Of a stretch of 38,823 nt of DNA, positions 7,157-17,175 are shown piece after piece. The stretch is from the sequence record NC_047927.1. One strand, written 5' to 3'. How positions within the stretch are numbered: position 1 is the first letter of the stretch; each line of letters begins with the position of its first letter. Under the pieces are notes generated by a model. That model searched no databases. It was not told the origin of the DNA and saw only the letters and a program-made list of their open reading frames with translations. Both the position numbers and the translations under genes were made by a program. This DNA comes from Escherichia phage YZ1.

Positions 7157-7698
7157 TGGGATGTATAGCTTGCTTAGAGAAAGATGACCGTTACCCACAT
7201 ACATGCAATAAAGGAGCTAACAATATGAACGCACTTGAACAAGAGATTATCATTAAGTTGGTAGATAATAACGAAGGTCTCCCAGATGATTTGAATGGCT
7301 GCGGTATTTTCTGCCATAATGTCCCTTGCTACCTCTGCCCTGTAAATATCAATAAAAAGATAACCTTAGGTGAAATCCGAGCGATGGACATACGTAAGCC
7401 TAAACTGGAGAAACCAGAGGTAACTACTACAGACGACCAGCCTTACGCTAAGGCTATCGACGACGTACGCAAGCCGTCCCACTATCAGGTCTTTGACGAT
7501 GTGGAGTCCATTGAGATTATCGCTCGGTCCATGACTGTCAGCGAGTTCCGTGGGTTCTGCATGGGTAACGTCCTGAAGTATCGACTCCGAGCTGGTAAGA
7601 AGTCCGAGCTGGCGACTATGGAGAAGGACCTAAACAAAGCAGCCTTCTATCAGGAGCTGTTCGACCTGCATAAAGGTAAGTGTTATGACTCCAAGTAG
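7156..7698 (+). CDS. gp1.7-like protein (180 aa; T7 gp1.7 is a nucleoside monophosphate kinase)
   Basis: Cys-rich N-terminus (CIACLEKDDRYPHTCNKGAN) and colinear similarity to T7 gp1.7 as remembered; syntenic position. Confidence 0.6.
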   Translation: MGCIACLEKDDRYPHTCNKGANNMNALEQEIIIKLVDNNEGLPDDLNGCGIFCHNVPCYLCPVNINKKITLGEIRAMDIRKPKLEKPEVTTTDDQPYAKAIDDVRKPSHYQVFDDVESIEIIARSMTVSEFRGFCMGNVLKYRLRAGKKSELATMEKDLNKAAFYQELFDLHKGKCYDSK

Positions 7699-7776
7699 CT
7701 GGTGCTTTAGACAGTGGGTCTCAACCGGGAATGTGGACTACCTGTCCATGTACCATATGTGGAAGGAGAAAGGACT

Positions 7777-7935
7777 ATGAGCCTTGAAGAAAAGAAGTAC
7801 ATCGTGGAGCTTGAGGGTCGCGTTCAGTCCTTCGAGGTTCCGGTGTACGCAAAGTCTCTTGAAGAGGCTACCCTGAAGTCCCAAGAGTATGAGGACGCTG
7901 GTTTTGTGGTCGGTCGGATTCGTCCTGAGACCTAA
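7777..7935 (+). CDS. Gp2-like inhibitor of host RNA polymerase (52 aa)
   Basis: [33 protein letters not shown] aligns with T7 Gp2 [34 protein letters not shown] (from memory), including the conserved Arg in the (V/I)R(V/I)RP motif. SD GGAAGGAG upstream of ATG 7777; the longer track ORF from 7714 lacks an SD. Confidence 0.7.
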   Translation: MSLEEKKYIVELEGRVQSFEVPVYAKSLEEATLKSQEYEDAGFVVGRIRPET

Positions 7936-7953
7936 ACTATCACTGTAGGACAG
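7931..7953 (+). promoter_or_regulatory. Phage RNAP promoter (variant CACTGTAGG; T7 phi2.5 position)
   Basis: CCTAAACTATCACTGTAGGACAG, predicted +1 G at 7948; G instead of A at -3. Confidence 0.55.
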
Positions 7954-7993
7954 ACGTCCAGTTCGTAACTTTTAAATTAGGAGATTTACACCG

Positions 7994-8692
7994 ATGGCTA
8001 AAGAGCAACTGAAAACTTTCACCACTCCGGTCGCTGGTATTGTTGAGCCTTACGCATGGCTGAACAAAGCAGACACCAAGTTCAACGAGCGTGGTGAGCA
8101 TAAGGTTAACTTGACATTCGACCTGAGCAACCCGAAGGCCCGTAAGATGATTGATGTCTTACAGAAGATTCACGACGATGCGTATGCGAAAGCACTTGCA
8201 GACCACGAGAAGAACCCACCTCAGGTTCAGCGTGGCAAGAAGCCTATTGAACCACGAGAAGGCGACATGCCGTGGATTGAGAATGGTGACGGTACTGTTA
8301 CCATGAAGTTTAAATGCTTCGCGTCTTACCTGAAGGATGGTAAGTCAGAGCCTATCATATTACGGTTCTACGACACCGATGCTAAGTTAATCCGTGACGT
8401 CCCGAATATTGGCGCTGGCTCCAAACTGAAGGTCAAGTTTAAAGTCCTGCCGTTCAAGTGGAACGCTGCGACTGGCGCAAGTGTTAAGCTACAGCTTGAG
8501 TCCTGCCTTCTGGTAGAACTGAAGGAGTGGAAAGGTGATGGTGCTGGTGGCGATGGTGGCTGGGGTGATGATGAAGACCTCGGTACTGGCTACAAAGCGT
8601 CAACCGATGGTGACTTCGGGTCTGATGACTTCGGTGACGATGGTTCCGAAGGTGGGGATGACTCCAACTCTGGTGGCGATTACGACTTCTAA
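7994..8692 (+). CDS. Single-stranded DNA-binding protein (T7 gene 2.5 homolog, 232 aa)
   Basis: Same length as T7 gp2.5; conserved GSKLKVKFKVLPFKWNAATGASVKLQLES block; Gly/Asp-rich acidic tail ending in F. Confidence 0.93.
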   Translation: MAKEQLKTFTTPVAGIVEPYAWLNKADTKFNERGEHKVNLTFDLSNPKARKMIDVLQKIHDDAYAKALADHEKNPPQVQRGKKPIEPREGDMPWIENGDGTVTMKFKCFASYLKDGKSEPIILRFYDTDAKLIRDVPNIGAGSKLKVKFKVLPFKWNAATGASVKLQLESCLLVELKEWKGDGAGGDGGWGDDEDLGTGYKASTDGDFGSDDFGDDGSEGGDDSNSGGDYDF

Positions 8693-9144
8693 TGGCCCAA
8701 TGGTCTGCAAAACGGGGGCACTCTGTGGGTGCCTACCGCTCTGGACTTGAAGCCAAGAACCAGCAGTGGCTGGAACAGAACGGCGTCAAAGCGGAGTACG
8801 AAAGCCATTATATCAACTATGTGATTCCGGCTTCCGACCACAAGTACACACCAGATTTTATCCTTCCTAACGGTATCATCGTGGAGACCAAAGGTATCTT
8901 CGATAGTGATGACCGTAAGAAGCACCTTCTGGTACGGGAACAGCACCCTGAGTTAGACATTCGGTTCGTGTTCTCAAGTTCCCGCTCCAAGTTATACAAA
9001 GGGTCTCCGACCACGTATGGCGCATGGTGCGAAAAGAACGGCTATAAGTATGCCGATAAGTTCATCCCGGTTGAGTGGCTGCGAGAGGCGACTGTACGTC
9101 TGCCTTCAGGTATACTCATCCCCAAGAAGAAAGGAGTTAAGTGA
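8692..9144 (+). CDS. Endonuclease I, Holliday-junction resolvase (T7 gene 3 homolog, 150 aa)
   Basis: YVIPASDHKYTPDFILPNGIIVETKG and DDRKKHLLVREQHPELDIRFVFSSSRSKLYKGSPTTYG are near-identical to the T7 gp3 catalytic core (PD...E.K). Confidence 0.93.
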   Translation: MAQWSAKRGHSVGAYRSGLEAKNQQWLEQNGVKAEYESHYINYVIPASDHKYTPDFILPNGIIVETKGIFDSDDRKKHLLVREQHPELDIRFVFSSSRSKLYKGSPTTYGAWCEKNGYKYADKFIPVEWLREATVRLPSGILIPKKKGVK

Positions 9145-9368
9145 TGACTCAAGAAGTTAAGGTCGTTCGTAAGCGTCTGACCATTGATAAAATCCCGGTA
9201 GGCTATGCGTTCATCGTCCACGGTAAGCCTGACGAAGTGTACGTGAAGATTAGTAACTCTCACGTCTTCAACCATAAGTTACTCCAGATGCACACCACGG
9301 ATGCTAACCGTTTCCAACGTCATCTGAACCTAGTAGCTGTAGAGCTGGTGGTGTACGATGGTGAGTAA
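9144..9368 (+). CDS. Hypothetical protein (74 aa) between endonuclease I and lysozyme
   Basis: ATG at 9144 overlaps the gene 3 stop (TGATG) with AAGGAG 7 nt upstream; the 3' end overlaps the lysozyme start. Confidence 0.55.
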   Translation: MTQEVKVVRKRLTIDKIPVGYAFIVHGKPDEVYVKISNSHVFNHKLLQMHTTDANRFQRHLNLVAVELVVYDGE

Positions 9369-9816
9369 AGTTCAGTTCAACCCACGGTCCCGGACTGACG
9401 CTATCTTCGTTCACTGTTCGGCTACCAAGCCAGAGATGGACATCGGGGTAGAGACCATCCGTATGTGGCACAAGCAGCAAGGCTGGCTGGACGTAGGATA
9501 CCACTTTATCATCAAGCGAGATGGCACTGTGGAAGAGGGTCGCCCGGTCAATGTCGTAGGGTCACACGTTAAGGACTGGAACTCACGGTCTGTAGGCGTC
9601 TGCCTTGTAGGTGGAATTGACGCTAAGGGCAAGTTTGAAGCTAACTTCACTCCGGCCCAGATGAACTCCCTGCGCAACAAGCTGGAGGAGCTTATGAGTA
9701 AGTACCCTAATGCAGAGCTAATGGCCCATCATTCAGTAGCAGCCAAAGCCTGTCCGAGTTTCGACGTGAAGCGCTGGTGGACTACCAACGAATTAGTCAC
9801 TTCCGACCGTGGTTAA
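9358..9816 (+). CDS. N-acetylmuramoyl-L-alanine amidase / T7 lysozyme (gene 3.5 homolog, 152 aa)
   Basis: Near-colinear identity with T7 lysozyme: TDAIFVHCSATKP, WLDVGYHFIIKRDGTVEEGR, GVCLVGGID, KACPSFD, NELVTSDRG. Confidence 0.95.
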   Translation: MVSKVQFNPRSRTDAIFVHCSATKPEMDIGVETIRMWHKQQGWLDVGYHFIIKRDGTVEEGRPVNVVGSHVKDWNSRSVGVCLVGGIDAKGKFEANFTPAQMNSLRNKLEELMSKYPNAELMAHHSVAAKACPSFDVKRWWTTNELVTSDRG

Positions 9817-9840
9817 TAAACTCTAAAGGAGAACAACTCA

Positions 9841-10056
9841 ATGATTAAACTTATTGAATTTCTTGGTCGTCTGGTGGTGCGTGGTTATCGTCGTGCTGCG
9901 GTACTGGAACGAAAGGTAGAAAAGAAGACTGCTGACAGTGCGGCTGATGCTGCTGCTCTGGCTGACAAGCTGACCATCGCGTCACTGGAAGCTGGCATGA
10001 AGGCACGTCAAGCTGACACCAAAGCTGACCAGTTGGCTCAGTTCTTCAAAGCCTAA
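9841..10056 (+). CDS. Hypothetical protein (71 aa, Ala-rich, predicted coiled coil)
   Basis: ORF with AAGGAGAA SD 8 nt upstream. Confidence 0.5.
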   Translation: MIKLIEFLGRLVVRGYRRAAVLERKVEKKTADSAADAAALADKLTIASLEAGMKARQADTKADQLAQFFKA

Positions 10057-10075
10057 ACTATCACCTTAGGGATGG
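10053..10075 (+). promoter_or_regulatory. Phage RNAP promoter-like sequence (degenerate, CACCTTAGG) upstream of the primase-helicase gene
   Basis: GCCTAAACTATCACCTTAGGGATG; two core mismatches at -4/-3, so probably weak. Confidence 0.4.
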
Positions 10076-10121
10076 GACCATTAGTCCTGTCCCTTTGTTC
10101 GCATTTGTGACTAAGGAGTGA

Positions 10122-11825
<1,704 letters not shown>

Positions 11826-11876
11826 ATGTCAATGCCCTGAGTGCGACTGGAAGTCCCCATACGGAGGACATCATTA

Positions 11877-12041
11877 GTGTTTAAGAAACTTAAAGCTCGC
11901 TACCATCGGTTCATGTACAAATGGTGGAGTGATGAAGCAACCTGCCTGTCCAACATTCTGGGAGACCAGAGGTTCGACTCTAAGGCATGGAAGAAAGCTA
12001 ACCGGAAGTTTATGTATCACTTCTTGCGTACAGACTTCTAG
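11877..12041 (+). CDS. Hypothetical small basic protein (about 54 aa, GTG start)
   Basis: GGAGGA 9 nt upstream of GTG at 11877 (the track ORF begins at 11841); T7 gene 4.x region. Confidence 0.3.
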   Translation: MFKKLKARYHRFMYKWWSDEATCLSNILGDQRFDSKAWKKANRKFMYHFLRTDF

Positions 12042-12044
12042 GTC

Positions 12045-12084
12045 TAGACTCAAGGTCATTCACATCGAGTGGCCTTTATGATTA
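12045..12084 (+). promoter_or_regulatory. Conserved hairpin copy 2 (putative RNase III site, T7 R4.7 position)
   Basis: TAGACTCAAGGTCAT-loop-GTGGCCTTTATGATTA immediately upstream of the DNA polymerase gene. Confidence 0.6.
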
Positions 12085-12104
12085 GACTAAACGGAGGATT
12101 AACC

Positions 12105-14276
12105 ATGTTTGACCTTAAGAGTATCTGGGGTTCTGACATAGAGACCAACGGTCTCCTTGATACAGTCTCCCAGTTTCACTGTGGGGTCCTGATTAACGCC
12201 GAGTCGAATGAGACCCTTAAGTATGGGGTAGCTCCGATGGTCGGTATCGTCGGTGGCTTCAAAGAGTATGTACAGAAGGTGGAAGAGATTGCCGCATCAC
12301 CTGATGGTATGCTGGTATTCCACAACGGTATCAACTATGACGTCCCGTCTATTGACAAGCTGAAGCGTCTGTACTGTGGGAAACGCTTTAACTTCCCGAA
12401 ACACAAGATGATTGATACCTTGGTGCTGGGACGCTTGATGTATCCAAACATTAAGTTCTCAGACATGGGCGCAGTGAAAGCTGGTCGTCTGCCACCTAAG
12501 ATGATGGGACGCCAGTCTCTTGAGGCTTGGGGCTATCGTCTCGGTGAGATGAAAGGTGAGTACAAACACGATTACGTTGCCAAGTGCAAGGCTGAAGGTA
12601 TCGAATATAAGGCTGGGGACGAATGGTTGTTCCCATCTCAGGAGATGCTAGACTATAACGTTCAAGACGTTGTGGTCACACTGGCGTTGTTCAAGAAGTT
12701 CCTGACTGACAAGTATTACTTCCAGTCTGAACAGTTCGCTTTCGACCAGATTTATGCGTTGCGTCTGGAACATGATGCTGCGTGGACCTGTGCGAAGATG
12801 GAACGTAACGGCTATCCGATGAACACCGAGATGGTCGAAGGCTTATATCGTGAACTCACCGTCAAACGTGCAGAGTTGTTGGACAAGCTGCGTTCGACTT
12901 TCGGCAGCTGGTACGCACCAAAGGGAGGCAAGGAGTTCTTCAAGCACCCACGGACAGGCAAGGACCTTCCGAAGTATCCGCGAGTCGTGTATCCTAAGGT
13001 CGGGTCAGTATTCAAGAAGCCGAAGAACAAAGCTCAACGCTTAGGTCTGGAACCTTGCGAGTTCGACTCACGAGACACGATGGAGGGAGCGCCGTTCACA
13101 CCTATCACTTACGTTGAGTTTAATCCGGGAAGCGGAGACCACTTAGCGAAAGTCTTGATGGAGCGTGGTTGGGAGCCTGTGGACTTCACTGACACTGGGA
13201 AACCTGTAGTCGATGACGAGACGTTAGAACACGTTAAGCTACCAGACGCAGAGGCTCAGGCTTGCGTAGAGCTGGTCCGTGAGTATCTGGTAGTCCAGAA
13301 GCGCATAGGTCAGGCGGCTGAAGGTAAGAACGCATGGTTGAAACTTGTAGGTCCAGACGGACGTATGCACGGTTCAATCAACCCATGCGGTGCAGTAACA
13401 GGACGTGCGACTCATAGTTCACCAAACATGGCTCAGGTCCCTGCTAACGGTGCTCCGTATGGTGAGATTTGCCGTGGTGCTTTCGGTGCAGCTTGGAACA
13501 AGACGGATGGTAAGCCAGACCCTTGGATTCAAGTGGGTGTGGATGCTTCAGGTCTTGAGCTTCGTTGTCTGGGGAACCGAGCAGCTCCGTTTGATGGTGG
13601 TGCCTATGCGAAGACTGTGGTCGAAGGTGACATCCACTGGGCCAACGCAGTAAACGCTGGTTTAGCACCTAACGTCCCACGCGATAAATCGAACCACGAC
13701 CATGATGCTTTCCGTAACAACGCTAAGACGTTCATCTATGCGTTCCTGTATGGTGCAGGGGCCGCTAAGATTGGACTGATAGTCGGCGGTGGTAAGAAGG
13801 AAGGTTCAGCTCTCATGAAGAAATTCATTGAGGGTACACCAGCCATCAAGGACCTCAGGGAAGCTGTGAGTAATACGTTAATCTCAGACTCTAAGTGGGT
13901 GGACGGAGAGAACATCGTCAAGTGGAAACGCCGTTGGTTGCGTGGACTTGATGGTCGCCGTATCCACATCCGGTCGCCACACTCAGCACTGAACGCCTTA
14001 CTTCAAGGTGACGGTGCGGTAGTCTGTAAGCACTGGATTGTCGAGACTGAACGTATGCTTGAAGAGGCAGGGTATGTTCACGGCTGGGAGGGAGACTTTG
14101 CGTACATGGCTTGGGTGCATGATGAATTGCAGATTGCGTGTCGTACTCAGGAGATTGCCGAAGAAGTCGTCAAGATTGCGCAACTTGCTATGCGTAAGGT
14201 GGGTGAGTTCTATAACTTTAAATGTGTCCTTGATACGGAGGGTAAGATTGGACCAACGTGGAAAGAATGCCATTGA
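12105..14276 (+). CDS. DNA polymerase, family A (T7 gene 5 homolog, 723 aa from ATG 12105)
   Basis: Exonuclease motif DIETNGL, polymerase motifs NPCGAVTGRATHSSPN, AKTFIYAFLYGAG, YMAWVHDE, C-terminal GPTWKECH; colinear with T7 gp5. Start set at ATG 12105 (SD ACGGAGGA) rather than the track GTG 12069, which lies inside the upstream hairpin. Confidence 0.96.
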   Translation: MFDLKSIWGSDIETNGLLDTVSQFHCGVLINAESNETLKYGVAPMVGIVGGFKEYVQKVEEIAASPDGMLVFHNGINYDVPSIDKLKRLYCGKRFNFPKHKMIDTLVLGRLMYPNIKFSDMGAVKAGRLPPKMMGRQSLEAWGYRLGEMKGEYKHDYVAKCKAEGIEYKAGDEWLFPSQEMLDYNVQDVVVTLALFKKFLTDKYYFQSEQFAFDQIYALRLEHDAAWTCAKMERNGYPMNTEMVEGLYRELTVKRAELLDKLRSTFGSWYAPKGGKEFFKHPRTGKDLPKYPRVVYPKVGSVFKKPKNKAQRLGLEPCEFDSRDTMEGAPFTPITYVEFNPGSGDHLAKVLMERGWEPVDFTDTGKPVVDDETLEHVKLPDAEAQACVELVREYLVVQKRIGQAAEGKNAWLKLVGPDGRMHGSINPCGAVTGRATHSSPNMAQVPANGAPYGEICRGAFGAAWNKTDGKPDPWIQVGVDASGLELRCLGNRAAPFDGGAYAKTVVEGDIHWANAVNAGLAPNVPRDKSNHDHDAFRNNAKTFIYAFLYGAGAAKIGLIVGGGKKEGSALMKKFIEGTPAIKDLREAVSNTLISDSKWVDGENIVKWKRRWLRGLDGRRIHIRSPHSALNALLQGDGAVVCKHWIVETERMLEEAGYVHGWEGDFAYMAWVHDELQIACRTQEIAEEVVKIAQLAMRKVGEFYNFKCVLDTEGKIGPTWKECH

Positions 14277-14664
14277 CGGAAAGTCCCAGCACTTCACTGG
14301 TGCTGCTAGTGAGTTATATGTAAGCTATAGACTGACAGCCAAAGGGCATCAAGTATTCCTCCCAGCATTCACGCAGTCAAAGGCAGACTTGGTGGTCGAT
14401 ATAGACGGGACCCTTACGAGGGTTCAGGTCAAGACCGGAACGAAGCTGAAGAACTGTAATAGCATACAGGTAAGACTGGGAGGATGCGGTAAGCCAACTT
14501 ACAGTCCTGGAGACATAGACCTACTAGCGGTTGTCTATCAGGATTTACTCTGGCTTATACCGTTCACTGAAGAGGTTAGAGTCAAGACCTCTATGTGTAT
14601 AAACTTAACGTCTGACAAGAAGTACGGACAATTTAAACAGGAGAAGACTAATGGCTATTACTAA
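14248..14664 (+). CDS. Putative nuclease-like protein, PD-(D/E)xK / Hjc-like motif arrangement (about 138 aa, proposed TTG start)
   Basis: Open frame continues past the polymerase stop with no ATG; TTG at 14248 has GGAGGG 5 nt upstream. Motifs ASELYV ... KADLVVDIDG ... VQVKTG resemble the E...D...(E/Q)xK layout. Contains AGA/AGG Arg codons, unlike the core genes. Confidence 0.35.
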   Translation: MDQRGKNAIDGKSQHFTGAASELYVSYRLTAKGHQVFLPAFTQSKADLVVDIDGTLTRVQVKTGTKLKNCNSIQVRLGGCGKPTYSPGDIDLLAVVYQDLLWLIPFTEEVRVKTSMCINLTSDKKYGQFKQEKTNGYY

Positions 14665-14938
14665 ACGTATTCGTGTAAGTTTCGACCTGAAGATGGTTGT
14701 TAGCTCAAAGAAAGAAGAGACCATGTGTCACCAACTGGCTGAGGTGACTAAAGCCTACGCTAAGGGTGAGAAGCTGGATGGATTTCAGTTGGCTCTGGTC
14801 AAAGCAGCAATCGAGTCAGGCCCTGAGTCTGCCCTCGAGATTGCCACCAAGAAGGCCATCAAGGAGGGGCTGGTGGCCGCCTTTGATGACTACCAGGTCA
14901 GCGGTGTGTCCAACCTGCGATTCGAGGTCAAGCAATGA
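14651..14938 (+). CDS. gp5.5-like protein (95 aa; T7 gp5.5 binds host H-NS)
   Basis: N-terminus MAITKRIRVSFDL resembles T7 gp5.5 MAMTKKFKVSFDV (from memory); syntenic. Confidence 0.65.
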   Translation: MAITKRIRVSFDLKMVVSSKKEETMCHQLAEVTKAYAKGEKLDGFQLALVKAAIESGPESALEIATKKAIKEGLVAAFDDYQVSGVSNLRFEVKQ

Positions 14939-15144
14939 GTGAATACTTACGGGTCCTAGCGGCCCTTAAGTCCTGCCCGAAGACCTTCCAGTCCAACTAT
15001 GTGCGCAACAACGCTGCACTGGTGGCTGAGGCTGCGAGCCGTGGGCATCTAAGCTGCCTGTCTATGGATGGGCGTAACAACGGTGCGTGGGAGATTACCG
15101 CTGCTGGCACCAAGTTCCTGAACCAACACGGAGGCTGTCTATGA
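14935..15144 (+). CDS. gp5.7 homolog (69 aa)
   Basis: MSEYLRVLAALKSCPKTFQSNYVRNNAALVAEAASRGH is near-identical to T7 gp5.7 as remembered; same length. Confidence 0.8.
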   Translation: MSEYLRVLAALKSCPKTFQSNYVRNNAALVAEAASRGHLSCLSMDGRNNGAWEITAAGTKFLNQHGGCL

Positions 15145-15590
15145 AGATACCTGAAAGTCTGAAAGAGCTGATCCTTGAAATTGGCGAGTGCGATATGGAG
15201 CACCGCAAGTACGCTGAGTTCTACGCCTCTTGGTCATTCACCCTGACTGAGAAGGATGTTGAGGCCTACGCCGAGTCTCACGCTGAGGCCTATGAGTGGC
15301 GTCCATTCATCGGGCTGACCATCGTAGCCAGTGGTATGTGGAGTGACAGCCATGGTTCAGAGGTAAATGACTGGGGCGTATATCGCCAAGTTGAGAAGGA
15401 GACCGAAATGTCTTCCAACTTCTGGAGCCTGATGTCACACCTAAACTCAGAGGACAACGACATGGCCCATGAGTTCGCCAACAAATGGCTGAAGCCTGAG
15501 GTGACTCTCGAACGTATTGAGGAGCCGAAAGTGCCCTTGATGCCATATGCAGTCGCTATGGCTACAGGAGGTCTGGACGATGGGTGCTGA
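15141..15590 (+). CDS. Hypothetical acidic protein (149 aa) in the gp5.9 slot
   Basis: ATG at 15141 overlaps the gp5.7 stop (ATGA); strongly acidic composition; overlaps the start of the exonuclease gene as T7 5.9 does. Confidence 0.55.
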   Translation: MKIPESLKELILEIGECDMEHRKYAEFYASWSFTLTEKDVEAYAESHAEAYEWRPFIGLTIVASGMWSDSHGSEVNDWGVYRQVEKETEMSSNFWSLMSHLNSEDNDMAHEFANKWLKPEVTLERIEEPKVPLMPYAVAMATGGLDDGC

Positions 15591-16449
15591 GAAGAAGATA
15601 GCTCTTGTTCTTGATGGCGATTACCTAGTATTCTCTTCTATGGCTGCTGCCGAGGACGAGACAGACTGGGGTGATGACATCTGGACCCTTATCTGCGACC
15701 ATGAGAAGGCTCGCCGTATCCTTGAGAACACCATCGCTGAAATCGTTAAGAAGCGCAAGGCGTGGAAAGACGCTAAGATTGTGATGTGCTTTACTGACGA
15801 TAATAACTGGCGTAAGGATATTCTTCCTACCTATAAGGCCAACCGTAAAGGTTCTCGCAAGCCTGTAGGTTACAAGAAGTTCGTAGCCGAAGTGATGGCT
15901 GACCAACGGTTCAATAGCTTCCTGCGTCCTACGCTTGAGGGTGATGACTGTATGGGTATCATCGGTACCCGACCCCAGATTGTCGGATGTGACCATGCGG
16001 TTCTGGTGTCCTGTGATAAGGACTTCAAGACAATCCCGAACTGTGAGTTCTTCTGGTTAACCACTGGTGAAATCCTGAGTCATACGACTGCTGAGGCAGA
16101 CTACTGGCACATGGAGCAGACCATCAAGGGAGATACTACAGATGGCTACGGTGGCATTCCTGGAATGGGTGAGGACACCACTCGTGTGTTCCTTGACGAG
16201 CCGTACTACTTCGTGCAGGAGAGCCGTGAGCTTAAGACTGGCAAGAACAAAGGCCAGATTAAGACTGGGTGGAAGAAGTATCCGAAGCGTGAAGACATGA
16301 CGCTGTGGGACTGCATGGTTACACTGGCTGCTAAGGCTGGCATGACCGAGGAGGAACTTCTGGTCCAAGCTCAGGTCGCTCGTATTTGTCGAGCATCTGA
16401 CTATGACCCTAAGTCCAAGGAGGTCATCCTATGGACACCACCCATGTAA
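15580..16449 (+). CDS. 5'-3' exonuclease (T7 gene 6 homolog, 289 aa from ATG 15580)
   Basis: LVLDGDYLVF, NWRKDILPTYKANRK, LEGDDCMGIIG, SCDKDFKTIPNC, TIKGDTTDGYGGIPG, SGKNKGQ, TLWDC..AKAGMTEEE colinear with T7 gp6; SD CAGGAGG 8 nt upstream of 15580. Confidence 0.93.
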   Translation: MGAEKKIALVLDGDYLVFSSMAAAEDETDWGDDIWTLICDHEKARRILENTIAEIVKKRKAWKDAKIVMCFTDDNNWRKDILPTYKANRKGSRKPVGYKKFVAEVMADQRFNSFLRPTLEGDDCMGIIGTRPQIVGCDHAVLVSCDKDFKTIPNCEFFWLTTGEILSHTTAEADYWHMEQTIKGDTTDGYGGIPGMGEDTTRVFLDEPYYFVQESRELKTGKNKGQIKTGWKKYPKREDMTLWDCMVTLAAKAGMTEEELLVQAQVARICRASDYDPKSKEVILWTPPM

Positions 16450-16575
16450 TTTACTGGGTCGGACTTCTTGCCCTTTACTGCATGTACAAGTGGTTCGGGT
16501 CGAACAACCGCCCTAAACACTGAGTCTAGCCGATAGTCATATCCTATCAATCCAACAGTCATCCATAGGTGAAAC

Positions 16576-16598
16576 ACTAAACTATCACTATAGGGACT
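16576..16598 (+). promoter_or_regulatory. Phage RNAP promoter (T7 phi6.5 position)
   Basis: CTAAACTATCACTATAGGGACTT, predicted +1 G at 16593. Confidence 0.75.
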
Positions 16599-16659
16599 TT
16601 AGGACCTAAGATATGACTATAAGATAGACTTTAGTCTTAACTTAAAGAGGAGATTCAAG

Positions 16660-16932
16660 ATGGCGATTAATGCTATTGAAAACGTTGTTAAGCAGTTACA
16701 GGAAGAAAGACTTGATGTCCCGAACATCTCACAGTCTGCTATCCAGTTCCTGCACGTATTGTTCAACGCAAGCTACGCTGAGAAGATGGGAGCTATCAGT
16801 CTCCTCAAGCAGCAAGGTTACAGCGATGCGTTCATTGCCGGGTTCATCAAGGGTCTCCAGTATTGTTCTGACACTCTCGACTCTGCGATTGCTATGCGTC
16901 GTGAGCTGAAAGATACCGTTCAGTTTGATTAA
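16660..16932 (+). CDS. gp6.5-position hypothetical protein (90 aa)
   Basis: ORF with AAGAGGAG SD downstream of a phage promoter. Confidence 0.6.
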   Translation: MAINAIENVVKQLQEERLDVPNISQSAIQFLHVLFNASYAEKMGAISLLKQQGYSDAFIAGFIKGLQYCSDTLDSAIAMRRELKDTVQFD

Positions 16933-16946
16933 CTGTAGGAGGGACT

Positions 16947-17171
16947 ATGTGTTTCAGTCCGAAGATTAGCACTCCGAAGCCTTCGGTCCAAGCACCTGAA
17001 CCAGCACCTCTGAGTGAGGAAGTTGCGTCAGTTGACATCGGGGCTGAATCAGATGTGGACACCAACGAGGCCAAAGGTATCAAAGACCTCAAGGTCAAGA
17101 AGGAGTCTGCACCTAAAGATAAATCGTCAGTGAGTCGCGCTATGCGAGCCTCTGGCGTCAACATGGGGTAA
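16947..17171 (+). CDS. gp6.7 homolog, small virion protein (74 aa)
   Basis: N-terminus MCFSPKI and EPAPL motif as in T7 gp6.7 (from memory). Confidence 0.7.
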   Translation: MCFSPKISTPKPSVQAPEPAPLSEEVASVDIGAESDVDTNEAKGIKDLKVKKESAPKDKSSVSRAMRASGVNMG

Positions 17172-17175
17172 GACA

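Noticed and set aside
7714-7776. Longer 73-aa version of the Gp2-like ORF
   Set aside because: No SD before 7714, whereas ATG 7777 has GGAAGGAG upstream; the conserved Gp2 region starts after 7777.
7700-7990. Initial impression that the host-RNAP inhibitor gene 2 was missing
   Set aside because: The short ORF at 7777..7935 carries the Gp2 hallmark region, so gene 2 is present.
8535-8750. 71-aa + strand ORF overlapping the SSB C-terminus and endonuclease I start
   Set aside because: Alternative-frame reading of the repetitive Gly/Asp-rich tail; no RBS; both overlapped genes are well supported.
12069-12104. GTG start extending the DNA polymerase ORF by 12 codons
   Set aside because: It lies inside the conserved upstream hairpin and lacks an SD; ATG 12105 has ACGGAGGA upstream and matches the T7 N-terminus.
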